A DNA stretch of 46,038 bases, from positions 1-46,038 of the IMG/VR virus record IMGVR_UViG_3300025890_000004, one strand, 5' to 3'. Positions 26,456 to 34,948 of the stretch are shown piece after piece. How positions within the stretch are numbered: position 1 is the stretch's first letter; each line of letters starts with the position of its first letter. Below the pieces are notes generated by a model. The model saw nothing but the letters and a program-made list of their open reading frames with translations, did not search any database and was not told the origin of the DNA. A program made the position numbers and the translations under genes. Source of the DNA: a virus.

Positions 26456-26469
26456 TGTTTATTATCCTT

Positions 26470-28353
26470 TCAATGGATTTCAGAATAGTCAGAGCCGTAC
26501 TGAATGTCACAGCCCAGTGTTACGTTAAGTTTAAGTTTGTGATTAGTCATGCTCATTGCATCAACCTGAATTGACGAAAGATGCTCCCTATCAAGAGGTG
26601 TATCTTTGCAAGTCAGGATTACTTCATCATGAAACTGACCTATAGGCCATACCCCATGTTTCGTCAGTTGCTGCACCCAAGTGTCGAAGCAGTACACCCC
26701 AGTGCTTTGATTGATTGTTGACCATACATCTTTCTCCTCTTTCAAGTAGGTCCAGAATTGAGACACAGGGTTCCATACCCAGTTGGTCTCACCAGTGAAG
26801 TGTTTGACTGACGCTGGCAACGTACGTCTCCGTATGCTGTCAGTAACGTCCTTGACTGCCCAATTACGCTTCCAGTAAGCGTCGATCAGGTCAGAAGCCT
26901 GTGCCTCAGACAGCCCAGTTGCTCGACTAAGTGTCCTACAGCCTACACCGTAAACACAGGCGTAGTTGGCGGCTTTGTAGTTCTTACGGATGGACTTTAC
27001 CTTATCTCCACCCAGCTGTATCTCCTGTTCAGTGATTGCACCTGCGAACTTGGCAAGGTCCAGATGTGGGTCCCAGCCCTCTTGCTCCATTGCAGCACAG
27101 TATTCTGGGTCCAGCGGTGTCATGTAGTGGCGTTTGGTAGTGTCCTCAAGGCTGACCATATCAGTCCCACTAAGCACATGACCATCAGGTGCTTTCAGTA
27201 GTGAGCGTATCTCCTTTCCGTATGGCTTGTCTACGCCCGGTAGGTTAACCAGCGGTGCAGCATGTTTGAACCGTAAGGTATTCGTGAGACCCTTCAGTAC
27301 AGCAGTTACACGGCCATCAGGCTGTACAGCTGACAGGAAGCCTTGAACGATTGTCAACCTGTGTGATACCACTGTGTAGCCATCCAGCAGCTTAACAGCA
27401 GGGTCACGATCGATCAGCTCCAGAACAGATGGGCACAACTCTTTAGACCCTGTACGAACCTGAGGGATTTCCTTAGTGTTGCCGTCCTTATCCTTTTTGT
27501 AGTCGAAGGTCTTAGGCTGCCAACCTAAGCTGAACAACCAATCTTTGATCTGTTGGTGACTGTTAGGATTAGCTGGCACGTGTTCCTTCACGACCTTGAT
27601 TGGCCCTTCAGTGCTTTCGTGCAAACCTTCATCCTTCAGAAGATCGAACCATCGTTGGCCGGCTACAGTTCTTGAACCACATGCCTTCAGGATTACCGTT
27701 GGCTTCTTACGTTCAACGTACCTAGGATTAAGTGGCATGGCATGTGATAGAAGATCAAACTTCTGTGCCTTCTCTTCCTCCAGTTGCTTAGCTAATGCTT
27801 CAGCACCCTCTACATCCAGATGCCACCCTTGCTGGGCTTGGTGATACGCCAGCTGACCTTTGAATGATGTGTACTCAATGAACCGCTGCTTGTTCACAGG
27901 GTCATCTTTGTACAGCAGTCCCAGCCGATCATCGATAAGATAGAACAGCTGCAAGTTGATCTTGACGTCTTCAATACAACGGTGGTCGTACTCTTCTGTA
28001 GTCAAGTTCTCCCAGTCGTCAACCTTTGGCTTAGGTACACCAAAGTCTTCACCCCAGTGTGCCAGCCCTTGGCGTGGACGGTCGTACCAGAGGTAACTGG
28101 CCAGCCAGTAGGTATCCACTAGCCTACAATCGATACGTGTTTTGTACACCTTCTCAAGTGCTGGTATGTCGAAGCCAATGATATGATGACCAATGACTAC
28201 TGTAGCCTTGTTGAAGACCTCCTTGATTTCCTCACGACCATGTGCAAGCCTGATAGTATCAGAAGGGTCATCAACATCCACCCATGCCATCGTATGGACC
28301 TTGGTAAGTCGATCTAGGAAACCGTCCGTCTCAATGTCGAACAATATTCGCAT
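26470..28353 (-). CDS. family A DNA polymerase with 3'-5' exonuclease domain
   Basis: Exo I is FDIETDG and Exo II is HHIIGFDIPAL. Pol motif B-like is RKNYKAANYACVYGVG and motif C is QFHDEVIL. Confidence 0.85.
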   Translation of the reverse strand: MRILFDIETDGFLDRLTKVHTMAWVDVDDPSDTIRLAHGREEIKEVFNKATVVIGHHIIGFDIPALEKVYKTRIDCRLVDTYWLASYLWYDRPRQGLAHWGEDFGVPKPKVDDWENLTTEEYDHRCIEDVKINLQLFYLIDDRLGLLYKDDPVNKQRFIEYTSFKGQLAYHQAQQGWHLDVEGAEALAKQLEEEKAQKFDLLSHAMPLNPRYVERKKPTVILKACGSRTVAGQRWFDLLKDEGLHESTEGPIKVVKEHVPANPNSHQQIKDWLFSLGWQPKTFDYKKDKDGNTKEIPQVRTGSKELCPSVLELIDRDPAVKLLDGYTVVSHRLTIVQGFLSAVQPDGRVTAVLKGLTNTLRFKHAAPLVNLPGVDKPYGKEIRSLLKAPDGHVLSGTDMVSLEDTTKRHYMTPLDPEYCAAMEQEGWDPHLDLAKFAGAITEQEIQLGGDKVKSIRKNYKAANYACVYGVGCRTLSRATGLSEAQASDLIDAYWKRNWAVKDVTDSIRRRTLPASVKHFTGETNWVWNPVSQFWTYLKEEKDVWSTINQSTGVYCFDTWVQQLTKHGVWPIGQFHDEVILTCKDTPLDREHLSSIQVDAMSMTNHKLKLNVTLGCDIQYGSDYSEIH

Positions 28354-29975
28354 TACATTTCCTCCATAGTAAAGGTTTTGAAGTCGAACATCATACTACC
28401 TGCAGGTCCCTCCAACGTGTTGGGACGGTTCTTCTCAACGAATAGCTTAGTAGTATTCCGAATAACCTCATCGTCATTGTGCTTGTCCCGCTGCAGACTG
28501 ATGACTACAGAGGCACGTTGGCCCAACATCTTACAATATTTGAAGTCCCCATCATCATTTGTGTGACCGATCGATATGATGCCTACACCCAATTCAGCTG
28601 CCAGCTTAGACAACCTGATTGCCAGTGTAGCAAGTGCACTCTCACGGCCTTCGTCTGATGCGATAGACAGCACATCTTGAATAGGTTCGAACATAATAAA
28701 CTTACAGCCGTAACCTTTGGCCAACAGTTTGATCTGGTCAACCAGCTCCTCAATGCCATCCTCTTCCTTCATGTAGTACTGGAAGAATGTCCCCTTCGAA
28801 CTGATGCGCTCGATGGAAGCCTCAACGTCATTCACACGGTCCTTCTCAAACACTAGGTCCTTACGGGTCAGATTATCCTGAAGATCGTATGACACAAGGC
28901 CCAACAGGGTGCGAACCTTAGTCTCTTCAAGATGCCATGCAGCAAATGGTACATCCCGTTGCAGGAAGTTCCACTCAAGGTAGCGCATGAGCTCAGTCTT
29001 ACCAATGCCTGTGGGTGCTTTGAACAGCGTGAAGTGACCGCTCATGATGCCCAGTATCTTCTCATCCAGAGCATGGATACCTGTAGGGACATATGAGAAG
29101 TCGTCCTTCTCACGGAACAGCTTCAGGAAGTCAGTTGGACTATTGTAAATGTTGTCCGGTGTAAACTTGCCGGCATTCCACCACAGCTGATTGAACCGCT
29201 TGGCATCTCCAGCATTGAGGAAGTCACAGGCATCTTTGAAGTCACCATGATCAACACGTTTGACCTTGCCACTGAAGACACTGTTGAGCCGGTCAGCAAT
29301 CTTGTTGCCAGCCTCATCATTATCAATTGACAGGATGATCTCATTGAAGCCGCTAAGATAGTTCTTAGCTAAGTCCCAGAACTTCTTCGATGGCGTCGAT
29401 GATGGTAGTGAGACCACAGGGTTCTCGAAGCGCCCATCTGTGTTAATCATCTGATAGGCAGCCATTGCGTCCTCTTCACCCTCAGTGATCGTGATCTTTT
29501 TTGAACAGCCTTTGGGGAACAGCTGTTGACCCCACAGCTCACCAGCCACAGAACCAACACTGTAGAAGTCCTTAGGGAAGGTTCGCACCTTCATTGCACC
29601 AGATGGGTAGGTGTACTCGACAGCCACCATATCCTTCGACACAGGGTCCTTAACTGTAACAGCATTGTATTTCTTACGTACGTCTGTCTTAATATTACGA
29701 TATTCGTCACTCGACCGTTCACCTTGTATTGGCTCACGTACATTCGAAACCAACGAGACCACATTGTCGGTGGCAGCCATAGGTTCAATCCCTTTCTCAA
29801 GATCAGAAGGATAGGGGTATCTTTCCCTTGAACCTTCATCTAATTTAACCGCTCTTTTAGGTGGATAATTGCCACCACATGAATGACATTTTCCTATGCC
29901 ACTTTCGTTGTTGTAACAGAATGCATCACTTGAAGAACAGTCCTCAAATGGGCACTCCTGTTTGTTCATCTCCAT
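28353..29975 (-). CDS. primase-helicase (T7 gp4-like)
   Basis: Zn ribbon CPFEDC...CHSCG. TOPRIM motifs TEGEEDAMA and SIDNDEAGN. Walker A is KAPTGIGKT and the Walker B-like motif is FIMFEPIQD. ATG 29975 has GGAG 7 nt upstream, and the track start 29987 is a GTG. Confidence 0.85.
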   Translation of the reverse strand: MEMNKQECPFEDCSSSDAFCYNNESGIGKCHSCGGNYPPKRAVKLDEGSRERYPYPSDLEKGIEPMAATDNVVSLVSNVREPIQGERSSDEYRNIKTDVRKKYNAVTVKDPVSKDMVAVEYTYPSGAMKVRTFPKDFYSVGSVAGELWGQQLFPKGCSKKITITEGEEDAMAAYQMINTDGRFENPVVSLPSSTPSKKFWDLAKNYLSGFNEIILSIDNDEAGNKIADRLNSVFSGKVKRVDHGDFKDACDFLNAGDAKRFNQLWWNAGKFTPDNIYNSPTDFLKLFREKDDFSYVPTGIHALDEKILGIMSGHFTLFKAPTGIGKTELMRYLEWNFLQRDVPFAAWHLEETKVRTLLGLVSYDLQDNLTRKDLVFEKDRVNDVEASIERISSKGTFFQYYMKEEDGIEELVDQIKLLAKGYGCKFIMFEPIQDVLSIASDEGRESALATLAIRLSKLAAELGVGIISIGHTNDDGDFKYCKMLGQRASVVISLQRDKHNDDEVIRNTTKLFVEKNRPNTLEGPAGSMMFDFKTFTMEEM

Positions 29976-30074
29976 CTTAATCTCCACTTATGTACACAGT
30001 TGTAAACAGTTGTTTTTTAACCTTAGTTTTCAAAAGTCGTTTAACAACTGCCTAACAATTGTGTACCTATGTAT

Positions 30075-30110
30075 CTATATAACCGCATTAAAAAGGGCAA
30101 TAGTAACCCC
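30075..30110 (-). promoter_or_regulatory. conserved 36-bp element, copy A (reads GGGGTTACTATTGCCCTTTTTAATGCGGTTATATAG on the minus strand)
   Basis: Exact reverse complement of 36801-36836. It starts 1 nt after the sigma-factor stop, 100 bp upstream of the primase-helicase ATG. Confidence 0.6.
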
Positions 30111-30791
30111 TTAGAGGAAAAAATCGTCGGAATTAAGCCCTCTTTTCTCCAACTGTTGCCGAAGTGCAACATATGATCTCTGTTGAATGTGGTGGACAGC
30201 CTCCCTAGTGATGCCTAACTTGTCTGCAATGTACTGCTGCGTTCGACCATTCTGAGTGCATTTGATAACATACCGCTGCTTCAAGGTAAGGGCTTCGACG
30301 GCCTCCCTGATAGTAGTCAAGTGTCGCTCAATATTGGCTGTCACTTCAGTTGCACGATGCTCTAGTCCATCAACGTCCCAGCCGTCCGATACAATGTCAT
30401 GCCTAGTCATGGGTTCCCCTTCTTCGCTCAAGGATTTCACTTCTTCATCAAGGGACACAAATTGCGTACCTTTGTGTATAGGTGCTTCCCTGCTGATAAA
30501 GTCTTTTGCTGCACCTTCAAGTCTCTGCTTAAGATATACGCTAATGTGCACCTTCTTAATACCGGCGTCCTCTTTTCTTCGAAGATGTTTTCCGCATGAA
30601 ATTGTAAGAGCTTCAAACAAGGCTGACTGCAACTCTGCGACAGTGTAGGTGGTATCGTTTGGGTCGTTCCTTTCATAGGCAATCTTGTTTACCAAGGGCA
30701 TGTACTTTTCAACGTCCCTGTTCCTACGCTTAATTTCAGCGTCAGTAAGATCAAGGTTCAAATCTTTGTCGTGGTAATGGTTCTTTTGCAT
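30111..30791 (-). CDS. sigma-70 family RNA polymerase sigma factor
   Basis: Region-2-like YMPLVNKIAYER....VAELQSALFEALTIS. Region-4 HTH is LTLKQRYVIKCTQNGRTQQYIADKLGITREAVHHIQQRSYVALRQQL. Confidence 0.7.
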   Translation of the reverse strand: MQKNHYHDKDLNLDLTDAEIKRRNRDVEKYMPLVNKIAYERNDPNDTTYTVAELQSALFEALTISCGKHLRRKEDAGIKKVHISVYLKQRLEGAAKDFISREAPIHKGTQFVSLDEEVKSLSEEGEPMTRHDIVSDGWDVDGLEHRATEVTANIERHLTTIREAVEALTLKQRYVIKCTQNGRTQQYIADKLGITREAVHHIQQRSYVALRQQLEKRGLNSDDFFL

Positions 30792-30794
30792 AAT

Positions 30795-31184
30795 TTATAT
30801 TCCCAAGTTTGTATATACGTGATTGCGGGGCTTTACAGCGTCCACAGGGGCCATCGTGGTGTCGGTAGGTGTACTGGACCATGTTTTTGTAAACGGCTGC
30901 ACACGCTGCTCTGCGTTGAAAGTAACAACATTGACTACGTGCATCAGGTCGTACGGCCGAACTTTCATCGACGCTTGCCTCCGTAGCTCATGTCTGGCCT
31001 CAAGATAGGTCAGCCCAGTCTTGGTGACCAGATAGCGTTTGATCGTCCTGACGTTGTCCTCTGTAGCTGGGCGGGACATATCCCGACGCCGGCGCTCTTC
31101 GTAAGCGATACCGTAGCACCGCTGTTGATTGGTGGACAGATCCTGCATCCACATTTCTGTTTGCTCTTCGTAATCAATAATCAT
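30795..31184 (-). CDS. hypothetical protein (129 aa, Arg-rich centre)
   Basis: ORF directly upstream of the sigma-factor gene, with ATGA overlap to the upstream gene. No motif. Confidence 0.5.
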   Translation of the reverse strand: MIIDYEEQTEMWMQDLSTNQQRCYGIAYEERRRRDMSRPATEDNVRTIKRYLVTKTGLTYLEARHELRRQASMKVRPYDLMHVVNVVTFNAEQRVQPFTKTWSSTPTDTTMAPVDAVKPRNHVYTNLGI

Positions 31185-31396
31185 TTCATTGCCTTTCTGT
31201 ATGCTTCTTCAGGGGTCAGTTTCTTGCTTTGGACAAGGCGGTGGTATTCATCCATGTCCGATTCATGACGTTGCTTCAGGTCCTTCATGTTATGATAGAA
31301 GTGGATGATTGCTGCCCCTATAGTCAGCAGGACAAACATCAGGCTGATGGCTCCCAATGTTGCCACCATTGTAAATTGCATATCACTCATTGTCAT
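31181..31396 (-). CDS. small membrane protein (71 aa)
   Basis: Single TM (FTMVATLGAISLMFVLLTIGAAIIHFY) followed by a charged C-terminus. Confidence 0.5.
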   Translation of the reverse strand: MTMSDMQFTMVATLGAISLMFVLLTIGAAIIHFYHNMKDLKQRHESDMDEYHRLVQSKKLTPEEAYRKAMK

Positions 31397-31673
31397 TGCC
31401 TTCCTCTGTGTGATTGTAACCAGCTGTGAACTCCTCCACAGCGCCGTGGATTGAAGGGTCGTATTCTACGATAGCCCATTGGTATTCATACATTGCATCA
31501 ATGTCATCTGAGATAGCTGCACGGTAAAGTCTGCCCCCATTAATCAGATACTCTTCGTATGTCCAGTCCCACAGGTCTGACTCTGCCGTTGCAAGATCAG
31601 GGAACAGGTGGCGCTCCCATTGGTCCCACCTGTCCTGTGCTACCACGTATTCTGTCCGGTCTACCATTACCAT
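31383..31673 (-). CDS. acidic Trp-rich hypothetical protein (96 aa)
   Basis: ORF within the chain of overlapping early genes. No motif. Confidence 0.5.
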   Translation of the reverse strand: MVMVDRTEYVVAQDRWDQWERHLFPDLATAESDLWDWTYEEYLINGGRLYRAAISDDIDAMYEYQWAIVEYDPSIHGAVEEFTAGYNHTEEGNDNE

Positions 31674-31987
31674 GCTCCCATTTTCTCTAGTGCTTCCCGG
31701 TCACGGTCCTGAATTGGCCGCCGGTCATTAGGGTGTTGCTTCATGTATTCAATTGCAGCTGCACATACTCTACCAAAGTGCTGCTGGTCTTCGTTACGGA
31801 AGATCATCTGAGCAATGCTAGCCTTGTAAGGGTTGATGATCAGCATAGCCTCTTGCCAAAAGATCGCTGCATCTGTTCCCATCGCTGGGCATTTGGCCTT
31901 CAGCATACCTTTGCGTTTGCCTCTTGATACCGTAGCTGCATCCATTGCTGCCACGAAGCGTTCTGCGATTTCCTGTTCTTCACTCAT
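31667..31987 (-). CDS. hypothetical protein (106 aa)
   Basis: ORF in the early-gene chain. No motif. Confidence 0.5.
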   Translation of the reverse strand: MSEEQEIAERFVAAMDAATVSRGKRKGMLKAKCPAMGTDAAIFWQEAMLIINPYKASIAQMIFRNEDQQHFGRVCAAAIEYMKQHPNDRRPIQDRDREALEKMGAW

Positions 31988-31989
31988 GT

Positions 31990-32364
31990 TTAATTTCCTT
32001 CTACGTATGGGCGACCGTCGCGGGATTGCAACATCGCATATTGTGAGTTGAATACGGGCTCGTAGGTGTCAGCCCGCACGAATGTTTTTACCTTGTAAGG
32101 GTTGTACGTTACAGGGAACATATCTTTCAATACGTCCCTGCCCAAACTGTGGTCGCCAATGTAGCCTCTGGCAAACGCATGGACGTTCTTACGGCCTTCC
32201 TGCAGCACACGTCTGCGTCCAGCTGGCTGCACTACCCATTCGACGTTGCAAAGATCGACGGTCTTCATGTGGCCAACAACACGCCCTTTGTGACGTACGC
32301 TCCAAATCTTTTTGTGCAGGTTCCAGTACACCTCTACTTTCTTACGTTTATTCAAACCGCTCAT
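31990..32364 (-). CDS. hypothetical protein (124 aa, basic)
   Basis: ATG 32364 is preceded by GGGAGA. Contains YWNLHKKIWSVRHKGRVVGH...NVHAFARG. Function unknown. Confidence 0.5.
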   Translation of the reverse strand: MSGLNKRKKVEVYWNLHKKIWSVRHKGRVVGHMKTVDLCNVEWVVQPAGRRRVLQEGRKNVHAFARGYIGDHSLGRDVLKDMFPVTYNPYKVKTFVRADTYEPVFNSQYAMLQSRDGRPYVEGN

Positions 32365-32665
32365 TCCATTTCTCCCAAATATCGTTACAAACTTCGTTAT
32401 CGGCATAGTCGCTCACTAATGTGCTTCCGTCCTCTTCATTGCCCCAGATCAGATAGAACCAGCCATGACCCGGCCCGACCTTACCTATTGTTAAGTGGTC
32501 TTCACCAGTGTTGCCAATGGCCTCGATGATAGAAGCAAAGTTGGCACAGCGCCTACAGGCCCACTCTTCACCATCGTTAACGGAAATATTGTACCCACGT
32601 TCAAGAATGATCTTGACCAGTGCCTTGGCAGCGCGTCGCTTACCTTGTGAAAATCCTTCGTACAT
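32348..32665 (-). CDS. hypothetical protein (105 aa)
   Basis: ATG 32665 is preceded by AAGAAAGGAAACACA. Confidence 0.5.
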   Translation of the reverse strand: MYEGFSQGKRRAAKALVKIILERGYNISVNDGEEWACRRCANFASIIEAIGNTGEDHLTIGKVGPGHGWFYLIWGNEEDGSTLVSDYADNEVCNDIWEKWNERFE

Positions 32666-32678
32666 TGTGTTTCCTTTC

Positions 32679-33146
32679 TTATTCACAAATCCACCAACCG
32701 CCATTATTGGGGTTGTGTGTCCATCCTTGTTTACGTTTGGCTACGCTGCCGCTTACCTGCTTGAACTTGCCAATGGGGACAACCTTGCCGTTCTGGTACA
32801 AGAGTGTCGCATCGCGCCATGCACGGGCCCGTTTCTCAGGCTTACTAATGTGTAGGACGCAATCCTGTTCACTACAGAAGAGAGCTCCAATGCTAGGGGT
32901 GCGATCACCTGTATCATTAACCGGACCTGTCCTGAAGAACTGGTCAGCAGGTAGGATAAAGGAAGGATTGACCTCACCTTCCCAAGAACCTTGCAGTTCG
33001 ACCAGTTCAAAACCGTTCAAATCGCATGATAGTTTAAGAATTTCATGGCTTTGTTCGTGGTCATCAATCTCAAAGATGATAAACTCCTGCCACATATTTG
33101 GGCTGCTGTGGCTGCATACGCCGCTGTTTAGATTATTCATTACCAT
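32679..33146 (-). CDS. hypothetical protein (155 aa)
   Basis: ATG 33146 is preceded by TAAGGAGAAATATT. Confidence 0.55.
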   Translation of the reverse strand: MVMNNLNSGVCSHSSPNMWQEFIIFEIDDHEQSHEILKLSCDLNGFELVELQGSWEGEVNPSFILPADQFFRTGPVNDTGDRTPSIGALFCSEQDCVLHISKPEKRARAWRDATLLYQNGKVVPIGKFKQVSGSVAKRKQGWTHNPNNGGWWICE

Positions 33147-33157
33147 AATATTTCTCC

Positions 33158-33319
33158 TTAGTACAAATCTTGTTCATCGTTTTCATATACAGCTGCGGCC
33201 TTGTCGTACGCCGCTTGTTTATATGCTTGTGGATTGACCCACTCTTCATATGAGATTACTTCGTAGCCGCAAGCAGCTTGCTCCGCTGCCCACTCCTGAT
33301 ATGTTTCATAGGGTGTCAT
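33158..33319 (-). CDS. small acidic protein (53 aa), absent from the ORF track
   Basis: ATG 33319 overlaps the upstream stop (ATGA). The product is MTPYETYQEWAAEQAACGYEVISYEEWVNPQAYKQAAYDKAAAVYENDEQDLY. Its stop lies within the RBS of the next gene. Confidence 0.45.
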   Translation of the reverse strand: MTPYETYQEWAAEQAACGYEVISYEEWVNPQAYKQAAYDKAAAVYENDEQDLY

Positions 33320-33546
33320 TTGAATATAACTCCATTAATTTCAGCCAACTGTTTGGCTATGTATAGCGCAGGTATGCCGTCAAACGTAGCGAACGCAAGA
33401 CCGCTTGAATAGTCAGGTCCATCATTACCATACCTAGCAAGGACTGTTGATATCCCGCAGTGGTACAGGTCAAACACTTTTTCAGACACTCTTACTGTAC
33501 CTAAAAAAGTGCAGTGCTCACAATCATGTGTGTAGTGTGGTCTCAT
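33316..33546 (-). CDS. hypothetical Cys/His-containing protein (76 aa)
   Basis: HDCEHC...HC pattern at the N-terminus. ORF in the coupled chain. Confidence 0.5.
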   Translation of the reverse strand: MRPHYTHDCEHCTFLGTVRVSEKVFDLYHCGISTVLARYGNDGPDYSSGLAFATFDGIPALYIAKQLAEINGVIFK

Positions 33547-33698
33547 CGCCCTTGTACCTCATCATACGCCATAGCCAGACGGTATATCTCGTTTCGGCTT
33601 TCCTCTTTTGCCTCATCTGAGGCATTAGGGTTCTCGATCACCATCAGATGAATTTGTGTGGCATAGAACCACGATGGAGCCATTGTTTTGTCAGTCAT
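33543..33698 (-). CDS. small protein (51 aa), absent from the ORF track
   Basis: ATG 33698 is preceded by AAGGATAAAAATC. The stop overlaps the next ATG (ATGA). The product is MTDKTMAPSWFYATQIHLMVIENPNASDEAKEESRNEIYRLAMAYDEVQGR. Confidence 0.45.
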   Translation of the reverse strand: MTDKTMAPSWFYATQIHLMVIENPNASDEAKEESRNEIYRLAMAYDEVQGR

Positions 33699-33710
33699 GA
33701 TTTTTATCCT

Positions 33711-34316
33711 TTAAGCTATGCAATCGACGTGCAGCTGTGACACTGCTTCTGCCGTTGCCAATGATTTGTTTGGGCCACGTCCTGCTACAAACGCGCACCA
33801 TGTGTCCCACCAATATTCACTGGTTCCACTAGCGTCGCACAGTTCGTTGTACAACGCAATCTTTTTGTAGACCGTTTCGTCCTTGGTCGCAGTACTAAAC
33901 TTGAACTGTTGTGGTCCAATGCCAAGGCGGGCCAGATTATGGGTATCAAGACAGCTGGTCTTGAAGCCTAACAGCTGCAACATGAAGGAAGCCTTCACGA
34001 TACCTAAGCCCGGGCATTCCCTAGCGATATACATCTGTGCTCCTGCCCTGTCCCCGGCATGATAGAAGGCAACCAACCTGTCCAACAAGCCCCATTGCCC
34101 TGTCAGCCAATCAATAGCCTGCTTCTTATGTCCCCATACGTGGACTGAGTCAGTGCCGTTGCGCTCCCAATCTTTCATCTGGGCAGGTACAGTAACCAAC
34201 CCTGATTGTATGGTCAGCACAGTGAACACTCCTGCCCTACATACCTGTTCATCTGGGTCACGTGTCCACGTGCCCACATGGGCAAGCGATAAATGCTCCA
34301 TTGCTTCTTTATACAT
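33711..34316 (-). CDS. HhH-GPD-like DNA glycosylase family protein, putative
   Basis: CPGLGIVKASFMLQLLGFKTSCLDTHNLARLG parallels endonuclease III LPGVGRKTANVVL....AVDTHIFRV, with the HhH Lys and downstream Asp conserved. ATG 34316 is preceded by AGGAAGGAAG. The alternative long form starts at GTG 34490. Confidence 0.45.
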   Translation of the reverse strand: MYKEAMEHLSLAHVGTWTRDPDEQVCRAGVFTVLTIQSGLVTVPAQMKDWERNGTDSVHVWGHKKQAIDWLTGQWGLLDRLVAFYHAGDRAGAQMYIARECPGLGIVKASFMLQLLGFKTSCLDTHNLARLGIGPQQFKFSTATKDETVYKKIALYNELCDASGTSEYWWDTWCAFVAGRGPNKSLATAEAVSQLHVDCIA

Positions 34317-34465
34317 CACTTTGCTTCCTTCCTGCGCACTGGCATTAGGATTGTGCCGGCTGGGCCGGACGTATATACGCGGGCACTTCCGTCGATTAGG
34401 CGGGACTGGGCGTCCCATTTGGTTATGGTGCGCAGCTTTCCCGCGCTGGTATAAATTCTGTACAT
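34316..34465 (-). CDS. small basic protein (49 aa), alternative to the 5' extension of the 33711..34490 ORF
   Basis: ATG 34465 is preceded by AAGGAAAATCAAA. The stop overlaps ATG 34316 (TGATG). Confidence 0.35.
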   Translation of the reverse strand: MYRIYTSAGKLRTITKWDAQSRLIDGSARVYTSGPAGTILMPVRRKEAK

Positions 34466-34480
34466 TTTGATTTTCCTTGT

Positions 34481-34569
34481 AATTGACCACTGCTCCGGCG
34501 GGCCGCGCCGTGATAGTACCACGTAGTGATAGTAGAGAGAGAGTGTTGGGGGCCGGAGCCCCCGCTGTT
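34481..34569 (-). repeat. early-region intergenic cassette, copy 1 (hairpin + extended -10-like box)
   Basis: 89 bp, aligning with 34860-34947. The hairpin is GGGGGC/cgga/GCCCCC at 34548-34563. On the minus strand, TGGTACTAT lies at 34521-34513. Confidence 0.85.
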
Positions 34570-34802
34570 TATTCATATGCTGCTCGTGTTGCAGCTTCGC
34601 GTTCGGCCATCAGCTGCTCTTGCTCTTCGAAGAGTGCGATGATGCGCCCCTGCGTTATCTTTACTTCTTCGCGCCACAAGGCGACATAGTCTTCCGTATA
34701 TTCGCCAGTCATTACACCTAGGTTGGCTTCAGCATATAGGCGGCTTTGAGCGGCATGGGATTTTAACAGGTTCGACAATACCATTTTGGGTGTTGGCTTC
34801 AT
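34569..34802 (-). CDS. hypothetical protein (77 aa)
   Basis: ATG 34802 is preceded by AAAGGAAAGTTAAAA. The gene is flanked on both sides by the 88-89-bp cassette. Confidence 0.5.
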   Translation of the reverse strand: MKPTPKMVLSNLLKSHAAQSRLYAEANLGVMTGEYTEDYVALWREEVKITQGRIIALFEEQEQLMAEREAATRAAYE

Positions 34803-34859
34803 TTTTAACTTTCCTTTTGCATAGGTCAAATGCACGTTATTGTGCACTTGTAACTAGGC

Positions 34860-34947
34860 AATTGACCACTGCTATGGCGGGCCGGACCGTGATAGTACCA
34901 CGTAGTGATAGTAGGAGAGTGTTGGGGGACCGTAGTCCCCCGCTGTT
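34860..34947 (-). repeat. early-region intergenic cassette, copy 2
   Basis: 88 bp. The hairpin is GGGGGAC/cgta/GTCCCCC at 34924-34941. On the minus strand, TGGTACTAT lies at 34900-34892. Confidence 0.85.
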
Positions 34948-34948
34948 G

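Noticed and set aside
34316-34576. 86-aa ORF-track call starting at 34576.
   Set aside because: Its 5' part would be translated through the intergenic repeat cassette and hairpin. Only the part from ATG 34465 (49 aa) has an RBS, and it is kept as a low-confidence alternative.
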